From IMG/VR virus record IMGVR_UViG_2541047901_000009: a stretch of DNA of 44,558 nucleotides. One strand, 5' to 3'. Every line of letters begins with the position of its first letter. Positions within the stretch are counted from its first letter, which is position 1. Origin of the DNA: a virus (Duplodnaviria; Heunggongvirae; Uroviricota; Caudoviricetes). This document shows positions 36,007 through 44,558 of this stretch, in pieces. The notes under the pieces are model-generated. The model was not told the origin of the DNA. It saw nothing but the letters and a program-made list of their open reading frames with translations, and did not search any database. A program made the position numbers and the translations under genes.

Positions 36007-37839
36007 TCAAACAGAGCCCTGTTCAAATACAGTATCAAAATATGGTAGGAGAGGATAAGCACACAGAAAGAAAATCAGGATGCATGCATATGTCGTTGTT
36101 TCATCGTAACAAGCATTAGTATATAAATTACCATGTGCTAATTTATGTCTTAAGGTTGCCCCACTCTTTCTATTAAAAAGAACATCGATAGTTAAAACAA
36201 GATTCTTAGAAAAGATACTTTCCAAATCATCTCTGCATTTATCTAGAAGCTGAGAAATACTTGTTGACTCCTCTAATCCCTTATCCAAATATCTAGTAGC
36301 ATCCTTTCCACTAAGCTCATAATAATAACGAACCATACCTTCCATTTGTGGTATTAAAAGATAAGCTGCACTGATGTAATCTCCCTGCCATAATTTGTAA
36401 AAGCCCAAATTAAAAATCTCCCTAAACTCCGGCTTGACAATTGGACTAGTTGTAACTAATTTAACGAATGTTGACAACGTCAAGCCATGTTCTTGAGAAA
36501 GTACATAGCGAGCAGGTTCAAAGACACCGTTTACAAAAATCTTATGAGTAATCTCGAAATTTCTTAGATATTGATCAATAACAACATCATCACTCATATC
36601 TTTTTTATTATTCAACGGCGGGATTGTATATACCTTACGCCCACTCTCATCATTAATTTCTGTTCCAACAAAACTAGAGAATAAACTTTTTTCTGATAAT
36701 CTTAAAACTTGCTCCCTCATGCTTTCAATATTTTCAATCGGTGTTTCACGCATTAAAACTTTGAATATATCGGGCAAAGAACGCCCCGTCAGTTTTTTTT
36801 CACTTTCAGCAACCAAGTCACTAATATCAATAGAATGGCTTAAAGTGACATATTCACTCCTTACTTCTTCTCTCAAATTAGCAAGTTGTTCCTTTAAATC
36901 TTCTATCTGTTGGCTATCACCACCATACTGTCTTAATTCAGAGATAGCTGTTCTTAACCAAGAGATCTTACCCATATTATCAGGTCGATCTGTTGCAACT
37001 TTAATAGTAATATTTGCAGATGCCAGTTTACATCTCTTGGCACGTTCATACTCACCATTTTTTTCATAAATAACTGCACTTGTCATATAAAGTGATTTTA
37101 CAGCATCATAATATTTTTTATCTTTATGCTGCTCAGCCATCTTCTCAGCATTTTCCGCATACTGCAGATTATACCCATCAAAATCACGCACCATAAACCA
37201 AGTCAAATTATTGAAACCTTCAAAGATTAATCTTTCATTTTGAATACTATAAAGAGAATGAATGGCATTTTTAATCGCCATGTTTCCTTCTGATTTTCTA
37301 GGGTAGACCATTTTATTAATGTGCAAAGCCCTAGCAATATAATCACGAGCAAAAATAAAGCAATTTAAATCACTTTCATCCATGCTTTCGTTTTTTATTA
37401 TTAGTTTTTCAATTGCTATATTTAGCATTTCAGCATAGGAATCAATTGCTTTAATTGCCACGTCTTTGTTTTTCCGGTTATTACACCAAACAACATCATA
37501 TATTCTTGATAACAAAAATGGATTGGTTATTTTTTGAGAAACATATAAAAGACAGTCATTCACCTGCTCATCAAAATCTTCAGGCAATATTGATCTTTTA
37601 TTACCCCAAATCATTTGGGGTTCAAATGATGGAGTGTTGTTAACAACTTGCAAATTGAAACTATATAGCATACCAAAAAGAGATGCTAATTTTTTCTCTT
37701 TGGGGTTTCCTGATGATTCAGCAATCCCATCCAGATATTTTTTTATTTTATGTGCATGAAATGTAACTGGTATATGCATAAAAACACTATAATCTAGTGT
37801 TTCAAGCTCTTCCCTTGTAAGAACAAAGATATCATTCAT
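36007..37839 (-). CDS. Hypothetical protein, about 610 aa, at the P2 tin/old cargo position; C-terminal Rx4H motif
   Basis: Long ORF, very AT-rich by eye. Start taken at the ATG for MNDIFVLTREEL, preceded by AAGGTG; the ORF-track start is a TTG at 37941. C-terminal ATLRHKLAHGNLY fits an R-x4-H pattern. No Walker A seen. Confidence 0.65.
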   Translation of the reverse strand: MNDIFVLTREELETLDYSVFMHIPVTFHAHKIKKYLDGIAESSGNPKEKKLASLFGMLYSFNLQVVNNTPSFEPQMIWGNKRSILPEDFDEQVNDCLLYVSQKITNPFLLSRIYDVVWCNNRKNKDVAIKAIDSYAEMLNIAIEKLIIKNESMDESDLNCFIFARDYIARALHINKMVYPRKSEGNMAIKNAIHSLYSIQNERLIFEGFNNLTWFMVRDFDGYNLQYAENAEKMAEQHKDKKYYDAVKSLYMTSAVIYEKNGEYERAKRCKLASANITIKVATDRPDNMGKISWLRTAISELRQYGGDSQQIEDLKEQLANLREEVRSEYVTLSHSIDISDLVAESEKKLTGRSLPDIFKVLMRETPIENIESMREQVLRLSEKSLFSSFVGTEINDESGRKVYTIPPLNNKKDMSDDVVIDQYLRNFEITHKIFVNGVFEPARYVLSQEHGLTLSTFVKLVTTSPIVKPEFREIFNLGFYKLWQGDYISAAYLLIPQMEGMVRYYYELSGKDATRYLDKGLEESTSISQLLDKCRDDLESIFSKNLVLTIDVLFNRKSGATLRHKLAHGNLYTNACYDETTTYACILIFFLCAYPLLPYFDTVFEQGSV

Positions 37840-37955
37840 CGTTTTCACCTTTTTCAGTATAAATTTGCACACATTATTAGCAACATAATTATCAATAGTT
37901 AACACATGTAGATAAACAGCAATTTTACTATTATGCAACAAATTAAATCAGATGT

Positions 37956-40238
37956 TTATTGCTCTGAATAACAATAAAACCAACTCCACTCATCAGCGAC
38001 CGGATACGTAAATTTTTTCCCGTTGTAATCTACGGTCGCACCACGCGCCAGCGCCTCAAGCTCCCATCGCTGCGGCCTGATACCGTTCTGAGCAAGGTCA
38101 ACGCGGATACGGGTAATTTGCATTCTTTCCGACCGGGTCAGTCTGGCCGATGGCGCTATTTCATGCGGTTTTAACGGGCTTCCGTTTCTTTGCTGACGGT
38201 TTGGTGTTATCAGGTCGTGTTTTAATGCGCCCCTGAGCGCCCTCACGACCTCCGGGTCATTCCATTCGATAACACCGTCATCAACCAGATTAAGCACTGC
38301 TGCGGCGTGTTCAGAAGGTGTGGGAGCCGGTAACGAAGTATCACCACTGGTGAGCTTTCCACAGTTATTGACAGGACTCCGAGGCGCGGCGATGCCGCTT
38401 TTTAAAGTCAAAGGCTCCACGACCGGAACTTTCGGAACAATGCGCCAGTCCGTCGTTCTGGTGATATGAATATGACGCGCGCCGAGATGCGGCGCGTAAA
38501 TGCCGACCACTCTCTCGACTTCTTCCTCGTACTCGTTAACTTCATCCGACGGGCTACGGGCGACTCTGACAGTCTGGCAATCGCGCGGAACATTTGCCCC
38601 ACCCTGCGCACTGATATACAACGCAAAATCGCCACTGTCTGCGGCAGCGCGTGCAGCCTCGACGCGTTCGTCAAACTCATCAGCAATGCTGACGCCGCGA
38701 GGCAATTTGCGTAGTTCACGGTAAGCCCCCATTGTCGGCAGACCAACCGTTTTAAATTGCGGGATGCGCCACGTTGACGCCCATGCAGTAACAGCCGCGG
38801 CAGTATCTTTCAGAGGTCTGCCGGTATCGTTATCGAGCTGACCATCCAGTGCATAGCCGTCGATATTTTTTGAAATGTATTTCGCGATATATCCCGCAGC
38901 ACCGCCCCGGTTAAGGTGCTTTGCCTGAAAACGGTTTCGCGCGGCTCCTCTTTCGTCACCATCCTCTTTGAGCGCATAGCGACGCATGATTTCGATAATC
39001 TGATTACGCTGGCGTGGATTACAAAAAAGCATCATATGCCAGTGCGGCGTTCCGTCGTGGTGTGGCTCGACGACACGCAAACCGTAGACCTGTAAATCAT
39101 TATCCTTGAATGCCGTGCGCATCAGGCTCCAGATGCGGCAGAGATAACGCTGCGCATCCTTTGGATTAAATGCCTCATCGTTCCAGCCGTGATTTAGCTG
39201 GACGGTTTTACTTTCGCCTTTTCCGACCTGACGTGTCGGGTGATACTTTGACGGCGCGGTCAGCGTGATAAACATCCCCACATCACCCTCTGCGGCGGCG
39301 TAACGCTCAATACCGGCAATGGTGTTCATCAGCTCCATCCGGCGAATTTCAGGATTAGAAATACTTCCCATCACCTTACTGATAAGGTCGATGCGCTCGC
39401 CGGTTTCCCTGTTTTCAAGGTCACACGATTTAAGAAATTCCAGATTTGCCTGGCGGCGCGCACGCACATCACGAATGGCATGTTTACTGGCATAAGGAGA
39501 ACGGTCTTTATTGACCTCCCCGACAGCAATCAGTAACGCTTCATGCCAGCGCATACGCTGACCTTTAAGCTGATGAGTCCACCACTCATCGTTAAACAGG
39601 CGGGCAATGGCAGAATATGCCTGCCTCGTGGTCATCTGTCCTTTACGGTATTTTTTCCAGTAAAGCGGGGAAATATTGAAAGCACGTGCAGCGCCAGCAA
39701 CATGACCATACAGGTGAGCCTGAGCCTCATCCGTAAACAGTGATTCTTTTTCGCCATGCGCATCCCCCCAGGCATCGCTGATTTCCTCATACATCATGAA
39801 AAGCTGCGATGAGATACGGGCGGCAAACTTTTTCAGCTCCTTATCATTCATCCCCGGCAGACGCGCATAATGGTCACGCTCTGCCAGAAACAGCAACGAC
39901 GCGTCGGTGTTCATTTCATGGCGCTGATTCACACGCTCAATGCGCGGCCATAAACGACGCTGAAAAGTGGATGTGAGGAAATAAAACCCGTGCACCGGGC
40001 TTTTATTGCGCCGGATGTAGTCATAGCGTGAAGTAAACAGCGAGCGCAAAAAGTAAGGCAGGCGATTAATCGTGGATAAAACACCTTGCACCTGACGCAT
40101 CTCGTCACGTGTAAGGGGTCTTTCGCGCCCGACGGCCTCGCGTGGCGCATTCCATGCATAAGCACCGGTAAACGTCTCACCGGTGCCTGCGGCAAATGCT
40201 GACGGAGGGACAAAACGCCCGGAGGCTTTAACGGCCAT
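37956..40238 (-). CDS. A: P2 gpA replication initiation protein (rolling-circle nicking endonuclease)
   Basis: About 760 aa from the ATG for MAVKASGRF, in the P2 A position. The ORF-track start at 40280 is a TTG. Confidence 0.9.
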   Translation of the reverse strand: MAVKASGRFVPPSAFAAGTGETFTGAYAWNAPREAVGRERPLTRDEMRQVQGVLSTINRLPYFLRSLFTSRYDYIRRNKSPVHGFYFLTSTFQRRLWPRIERVNQRHEMNTDASLLFLAERDHYARLPGMNDKELKKFAARISSQLFMMYEEISDAWGDAHGEKESLFTDEAQAHLYGHVAGAARAFNISPLYWKKYRKGQMTTRQAYSAIARLFNDEWWTHQLKGQRMRWHEALLIAVGEVNKDRSPYASKHAIRDVRARRQANLEFLKSCDLENRETGERIDLISKVMGSISNPEIRRMELMNTIAGIERYAAAEGDVGMFITLTAPSKYHPTRQVGKGESKTVQLNHGWNDEAFNPKDAQRYLCRIWSLMRTAFKDNDLQVYGLRVVEPHHDGTPHWHMMLFCNPRQRNQIIEIMRRYALKEDGDERGAARNRFQAKHLNRGGAAGYIAKYISKNIDGYALDGQLDNDTGRPLKDTAAAVTAWASTWRIPQFKTVGLPTMGAYRELRKLPRGVSIADEFDERVEAARAAADSGDFALYISAQGGANVPRDCQTVRVARSPSDEVNEYEEEVERVVGIYAPHLGARHIHITRTTDWRIVPKVPVVEPLTLKSGIAAPRSPVNNCGKLTSGDTSLPAPTPSEHAAAVLNLVDDGVIEWNDPEVVRALRGALKHDLITPNRQQRNGSPLKPHEIAPSARLTRSERMQITRIRVDLAQNGIRPQRWELEALARGATVDYNGKKFTYPVADEWSWFYCYSEQ

Positions 40239-40503
40239 ATGAGCCAAAAGCCTCTGAACAACGCCTGCTGAGTTGCTCAACCTGCGCGTTTAAATCAGCG
40301 AAAGACTTTGCGCTTCCGGTCAGAATATCGTGATGCATCAGGCCGGAAACGAGCTGGCTTAATTTCGGGTAATAACCAACCACTGCCAGCCATTCCTGAC
40401 CGGCGTTTTTACCGCTTTCCGCTCTCTTTTTCTCGTGGAGAATAAACTGAAAGCTGTCACTGGTAACGACATAACGTTCGCCAATTTCAATACGAATACT
40501 CAT
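40228..40503 (-). CDS. Small protein at the P2 orf83 position, 91 aa
   Basis: Part of a compact chain of overlapping small ORFs between B and A. Confidence 0.6.
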   Translation of the reverse strand: MSIRIEIGERYVVTSDSFQFILHEKKRAESGKNAGQEWLAVVGYYPKLSQLVSGLMHHDILTGSAKSFADLNAQVEQLSRRCSEAFGSYGR

Positions 40504-40724
40504 GCCGTTCTCCGGTAATGTTTGTTTTTTGCTTCAAAGACTGACTGACAGGAAACACAACGCGTGGCTGACGGATAAGCCGCACGACGGGCAGCAGGTA
40601 TTGGCGCGTCACACTCTTCGCAAACCAGCGCAGAAGCACCGCAATGTTTTACCCTTGCCGCGTTAATCTGGCGCTCCAGTAATTCAGCCTGTTGTTCCTG
40701 AATAAAATCTACGTTGTCCGGCAT
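40500..40724 (-). CDS. TraR/DksA-type C4 zinc-finger protein (P2 orf82-like)
   Basis: 74 aa with CGASALVCEECD...CVSC (CxxC-N17-CxxC). Confidence 0.7.
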   Translation of the reverse strand: MPDNVDFIQEQQAELLERQINAARVKHCGASALVCEECDAPIPAARRAAYPSATRCVSCQSVFEAKNKHYRRTA

Positions 40725-40726
40725 TA

Positions 40727-41029
40727 TCAGCTCCTTTTATCGTTAAGTTTCCTGGATACATCAGCGCAATAACTGGCAAGTTCTGTCGTTAATTTTGTCA
40801 GTTCATCCACGGAGGAAATTTGCTTGTGGAATACAGCGCGTTTAACAAGTAAATTGACCACATCAGACAGGAGGTTTAATTCATTCTGATAAATCGCGAT
40901 AACAGATTCAGTTATGTCGCGTTTTTCTTTATCAAGACAAAGTTGAATAAGAGACAAATCACCATTTTCCATAACGGCGATTTTTAAGGCGTTATTCAGT
41001 AATACAACTGAATGAGAACAGGACATCAA
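40727..41029 (-). CDS. Small protein at the P2 orf81 position, 100 aa
   Basis: Overlaps the start/stop of neighbouring genes in the B-to-A block. Confidence 0.55.
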   Translation of the reverse strand: MMSCSHSVVLLNNALKIAVMENGDLSLIQLCLDKEKRDITESVIAIYQNELNLLSDVVNLLVKRAVFHKQISSVDELTKLTTELASYCADVSRKLNDKRS

Positions 41030-41283
41030 AGTACCTCCCCGCGAGACAATCCGATATTGTGAAATTTTTCCGACTCCTGACTGAGCAGCTCGACTATCTC
41101 CACGCGGGATAACTCCGCCTTTGTGATGTGGCGAATCATGGCGTCAAGATGAGAAGAAAAGCGCGTCGCCGCGTCGGCCTGTGCTTCGGTTCTGGTCTGT
41201 TGCAGCAGTAATGCGTATTTACCGCACTGATTTTCAGAAACTGTATGCATGACTTTCTCCAGGCAAAAAGAAGCCCCGCACAA
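41026..41283 (-). CDS. Small protein at the P2 orf80 position, 85 aa
   Basis: Start/stop overlap with neighbours in the B-to-A block. Confidence 0.55.
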   Translation of the reverse strand: MCGASFCLEKVMHTVSENQCGKYALLLQQTRTEAQADAATRFSSHLDAMIRHITKAELSRVEIVELLSQESEKFHNIGLSRGEVL

Positions 41284-41313
41284 TTAAGTGCGTTAGAAAC
41301 TCTGGTTACTTAC

Positions 41314-41814
41314 TTAATGCAGATATTGCTCTGGTTTTACCGATGTCAGAATTGTCGGTGCATACTCAAACAGGCTGAACAATTCACGTAATGCACGGAA
41401 TAAAGCATCACGCCAGTAACATGATTCTTCATTAATGCGCCAGTACGGCTGATTGAATTCTTTTTCTGTCAATCCCGCATGCATAAATAAAGTACGACGC
41501 TGACTGACTGTTAAAAAACTAATATATGCATACTCACTTGCACCGACCTGACGGCGTTTTGAGAATGCCCCACGCAGTTCATCAATTGCACAAACCAGCC
41601 GTTCACGTTCGACGTCGTTCATTTCTTCAAAACGCATCGTTGCGTGACGTTGTTTTAACTGCGCATGAAAGCAAACCGTTAGCCGTTCGCGCTCCATCAT
41701 CTGATTATAATAATCACATGTCTCCTGCCAGCGAGGGACGGCAAGATGCTTGCCAATTATCCGGCGCATAGCTGCTGGCTGTTTTTCGACGAGATTGAGC
41801 GTCATCACTGTCAT
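41314..41814 (-). CDS. B: P2 gpB replication protein (helicase loader)
   Basis: 166 aa, in the P2 B position. Confidence 0.88.
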   Translation of the reverse strand: MTVMTLNLVEKQPAAMRRIIGKHLAVPRWQETCDYYNQMMERERLTVCFHAQLKQRHATMRFEEMNDVERERLVCAIDELRGAFSKRRQVGASEYAYISFLTVSQRRTLFMHAGLTEKEFNQPYWRINEESCYWRDALFRALRELFSLFEYAPTILTSVKPEQYLH

Positions 41815-42005
41815 TTCCAGACCCTCCGGCTTTTCAGAAAGGTCAGAGCCTTCTTTAACGGACTCTGTTTTTTGGTGCGGATAATGATTCCCTTACGCCC
41901 CTTACCGTGGGTGATGGTGAAGTCAATCGCCCTGGGGCTTTCGTTACGCAATAACTGAGCAATACAACGAGGCTCGTTCATACGGTTCTCCTTAACGTGG
42001 TTCAC
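41811..42005 (-). CDS. Small basic protein at the P2 orf78 position, 64 aa
   Basis: Sits between cox and B with start/stop overlaps. Confidence 0.5.
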   Translation of the reverse strand: MNHVKENRMNEPRCIAQLLRNESPRAIDFTITHGKGRKGIIIRTKKQSPLKKALTFLKSRRVWK

Positions 42006-42267
42006 CGAGACCTAACCACATCAACCAGCCGTCACGAATCTCTTTAGGGCGGCTTTCATAAGCCAGTTTTAGTCCGTTATTCCATGCCGGAAGGTATACC
42101 CAATATTCACCTGCACGACCTGAAGCTGATTGTGGATCGGTCATATCAATTACAGGCAGCTTTCCTTTATCGATCATCCGACGAACCGCTCCTGTCGATT
42201 TTCCTATTAGTTTTGCGAACTCCTGATAAGGAATCGCATCAGTCATGAGTGTTACTTGCTTGCTCAT
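41992..42267 (-). CDS. cox: P2 Cox (excisionase / early transcriptional regulator)
   Basis: 91 aa, divergent from C. Confidence 0.88.
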   Translation of the reverse strand: MSKQVTLMTDAIPYQEFAKLIGKSTGAVRRMIDKGKLPVIDMTDPQSASGRAGEYWVYLPAWNNGLKLAYESRPKEIRDGWLMWLGLGEPR

Positions 42268-42381
42268 GTCGTCCCCCAGCCCTCATGAATTGCGTTTAAT
42301 GCCTTATAATGCCTTTTAGTGCCCACATCCAAGCACTAAACAATCTACATCTAAACCAAATACTATTGAGATCTAAACACC
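42268..42381. promoter_or_regulatory. cox-C intergenic switch region (divergent Pe/Pc promoters with direct-repeat operators)
   Basis: Direct repeats TAATGCCTT x2 and ATCTAAAC x2 lie between the divergent cox and C starts, matching the P2 arrangement of C binding to directly repeated half-sites. Individual sites not assigned. Confidence 0.5.
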
Positions 42382-42681
42382 ATGTCAAACACGATAAGCG
42401 AGAAGATAGTCTTAATGCGAAAATCAGAGTATTTGAGCAGACAACAACTTGCTGATTTAACAGGGGTTCCGTATGGCACGCTGAGTTACTATGAAAGTGG
42501 TCGTTCAACACCTCCAACAGATGTCATGATGAACATCCTGCAGACCCCACAATTCACCAAATACACTTTATGGTTCATGACCAATCAGGTCGCTCCTGAG
42601 TCCGGGCAAATTGCGCCCGCTCTCGCACACTTTGGGCAAAACGAAACAACGTCGCCCCACTCCGGTCAAAAGACTGGTTAA
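42382..42681 (+). CDS. C: P2 immunity repressor C
   Basis: 99 aa, in the P2 C position. Confidence 0.9.
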   Translation: MSNTISEKIVLMRKSEYLSRQQLADLTGVPYGTLSYYESGRSTPPTDVMMNILQTPQFTKYTLWFMTNQVAPESGQIAPALAHFGQNETTSPHSGQKTG

Positions 42682-42796
42682 CAATTCATCGTGAATATAT
42701 TCATCACAAGTGCCTACTATTGGTGGCTAAATTTCAGCCACCACGAAAAAAGCGATTAGTAGTCGCAAAAAAACACACCACTCGGAGGGTTTTCTG

Positions 42797-43806
42797 ATGG
42801 CAATCAAAAAACTCGATGATGGTCGATATGAAGTGGACATCCGCCCTACTGGACGTAATGGAAAACGCATCCGTAGGAAGTTTGATAAGAAAAGCGAAGC
42901 TGTCGCTTTCGAGAAATACACGTTGTACAACCACCACAATAAAGAATGGCTATCAAAACCAACAGACAAGCGACGTCTGTCGGAGCTGACACAGATCTGG
43001 TGGGATTTAAAGGGTAAACACGAAGAGCATGGGAAATCTAATCTTGGAAAAATTGAAATCTTCACAAAAATAACGAATAACCCATGCGCATTTCAAATTA
43101 CGAAATCGCTTATCAGCCAGTACTGCGCCACCCGAAGAAGTCAGGGTATTAAACCTTCGAGTATCAATCGTGATTTAACATGTATTAGCGGCATGTTTAC
43201 AGCCCTGATTGAAGCGGAGTTATTCTTTGGTGAGCACCCTATCAGAGGGACAAAAAGGCTTAAGGAGGAAAAACCAGACACAGGCTATCTCACGCAGGAA
43301 GAAATTGCCTTACTGCTTGCTGCTCTTGACGGCGACAACAAAAAGATTGCGATTCTTTGCCTGAGTACTGGAGCACGTTGGGGAGAAGCAGCTCGTTTGA
43401 AAGCAGAAAATATCATCCATAACCGCGTCACGTTTGTTAAAACGAAAACAAACCACGCACCGTCCCGATCTCAGAGGCTGTTGCCAAAATGATCGCGGAT
43501 AACAAACGAGGTTTTTTATTCCCTGATGCTGATTACCCTCGCTTCAGACGAACAATGAAAGCAATAAAACCGGATTTGCCAATGGGGCAAGCCACACATG
43601 CACTAAGGCACAGCTTTGCCACTCATTTCATGATTAATGGAGGAAGTATTATCACGCTACAACGGATACTAGGTCACACGCGGATTGAGCAAACTATGGT
43701 TTACGCTCATTTTGCGCCAGAGTACCTTCAGGACGCCATTTCTCTTAATCCGCTAAGAGGTGGTACTGAGGCCGAGAGTGTCCACACAGTGTCCACAGTA
43801 GAGTAA
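42797..43806 (+). pseudogene. int: P2 integrase (tyrosine recombinase) interrupted by a frameshift
   Basis: Two consecutive ORFs in different frames (42797..43492, 231 aa; 43489..43806, 105 aa) together cover an integrase of about 337 aa. The C-terminal part retains HALRHSFATH...LGHTRIEQTMVYAH. The frame break lies in an A/C-rich run around 43445-43456. Confidence 0.7.
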
Positions 43807-43885
43807 CGTTTAAGGGCTTTCAGTGGTAATTTATGCCGCTCAAACCCGCATTGTACCGTTGAAAGCCCCTACTGGTGACACCCTA

Positions 43886-43913
43886 AATCTCCCTTACACG
43901 GGCTTATTTTTTA
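43886..43913. repeat. Prophage attachment-site core, int-proximal copy (28-bp direct repeat)
   Basis: Identical to 6044-6071. Confidence 0.85.
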
Positions 43914-44240
43914 TGCATAAGCCCTATCCCTGGTCACCGTCTTCCATTGACCACATCGATAGAATCCTCCTTCATAGCACGATGCTTTTCACTTATCGAC
44001 ATCGTGCTCGCACAGGTTCCGGTTACGCACAGCCAGAACGCGCATGTTTGACGCTTACCAAAAAATGAACCTAAAGCATTGGAACATTTTTGACATCATT
44101 TTCTGATGGCTGCATAAAATAAAAATTCTGCTTTAGTTTCATCTATCTGTTTGTCATTATTACTCACATTCAATAATGGTGTTGAAGAATATCCCATCAC
44201 AGATAAAATAAATATGTGCATGGTAGTCTTGAATCTATTC

Positions 44241-44558
44241 TCACTCTCCACATTTGAATGTCAGACGAGCGACGCCATGTAATCCTGCACCTTCTGTCTT
44301 CAGGTCAACTATCTGCATTTTTTTGCCCTGAGTAACACAGAAATGAACTGCATCATTTTTTACTATATTTTCTGCACCAGATATTCTACCCCTGGCTAAA
44401 GAAGCTTCGGCTTCGGTGTAGTATTGGTTATCGAGTTTACGCTGAATATTACTTTTATATGCAAGACCAAATTTACCGATACTTGTCTCATCATTATGTA
44501 CAGCACACCCAGACATAAGAAAAACACTAATTAATGATATAGCAGCTATCTTTTTCAT
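44241..44558 (-). CDS. yegR: Small lipoprotein, 105 aa; probable YegR
   Basis: Signal peptide plus lipobox (LMSGCA). Lies on the chromosome side of the right att core, where yegR follows the ogrK/yegZ P2 remnant in K-12. Identity is from memory only. Confidence 0.55.
   Translation of the reverse strand: MKKIAAISLISVFLMSGCAVHNDETSIGKFGLAYKSNIQRKLDNQYYTEAEASLARGRISGAENIVKNDAVHFCVTQGKKMQIVDLKTEGAGLHGVARLTFKCGE

Noticed and set aside
37840-37941. N-terminal 34-codon extension of the tin/old-locus cargo ORF (ORF-track start at 37941)
   Set aside because: The start codon there is TTG with no Shine-Dalgarno, whereas the internal ATG at 37839 has AAGGTG upstream. The shorter product was preferred.
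40239-40280. TTG-initiated 14-codon N-terminal extension of gpA
   Set aside because: The ATG for MAVKASGRF gives a product of about 760 aa, close to the P2 A length I remember. The extension would overlap the upstream small gene more extensively.
43823-44068. 81-aa plus-strand ORF starting with GTG and spanning the right att core
   Set aside because: Runs across the attachment-site repeat and the chromosome junction; no RBS. Almost certainly a chance ORF.
1-44558. CRISPR arrays, tRNA/tmRNA or rRNA genes (looked for especially at the prophage ends)
   Set aside because: No regularly spaced direct repeats and no tRNA-like sequence was seen. The att core lies in an intergenic region, consistent with P2 integrating at non-tRNA sites.

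Overview
The window is an Escherichia coli-type chromosomal segment (yegQ on the left, a probable yegR on the right) carrying a complete P2-like myovirus prophage of about 37.9 kb at roughly 6044-43913. The prophage is bounded by a 28-bp direct repeat (att core) and contains the P2 cos site at 35835-35853. Gene order follows P2 throughout: ogr-D-U-T-E/E'-FII-FI, then G-H-I-J-W-V, S-R-lysCBA-K-Y-X-L-M-N-O, P-Q, and A-orf83..80-B-orf78-cox-C-int. The prophage looks decayed: int is split by a frameshift, an IS110-family element sits between K and lysA, and an IS21-family element sits exactly at the P/Q junction. Four visibly AT-rich cargo loci stand out as candidate accessory or defence modules: (1) the Z/fun position between FI and G, with a small membrane protein, a FimB/E-sized tyrosine recombinase and a 280-aa unknown protein, flanked by a perfect 16-bp inverted repeat plus a third near-copy; (2) a RelA/SpoT-domain protein between V and S that resembles a fused toxSAS toxin-antitoxin (CapRel-like); (3) a roughly 610-aa unknown protein with a C-terminal Rx4H motif at the tin/old position after cos; (4) a three-gene overlapping operon of unknown function on the host side, left of yegQ. 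No rRNA, tRNA or CRISPR array was seen. All assignments rest on reading the supplied ORF translations and sequence against remembered protein families; no searches or computations were run, and hand-derived coordinates may be off by a few bases.
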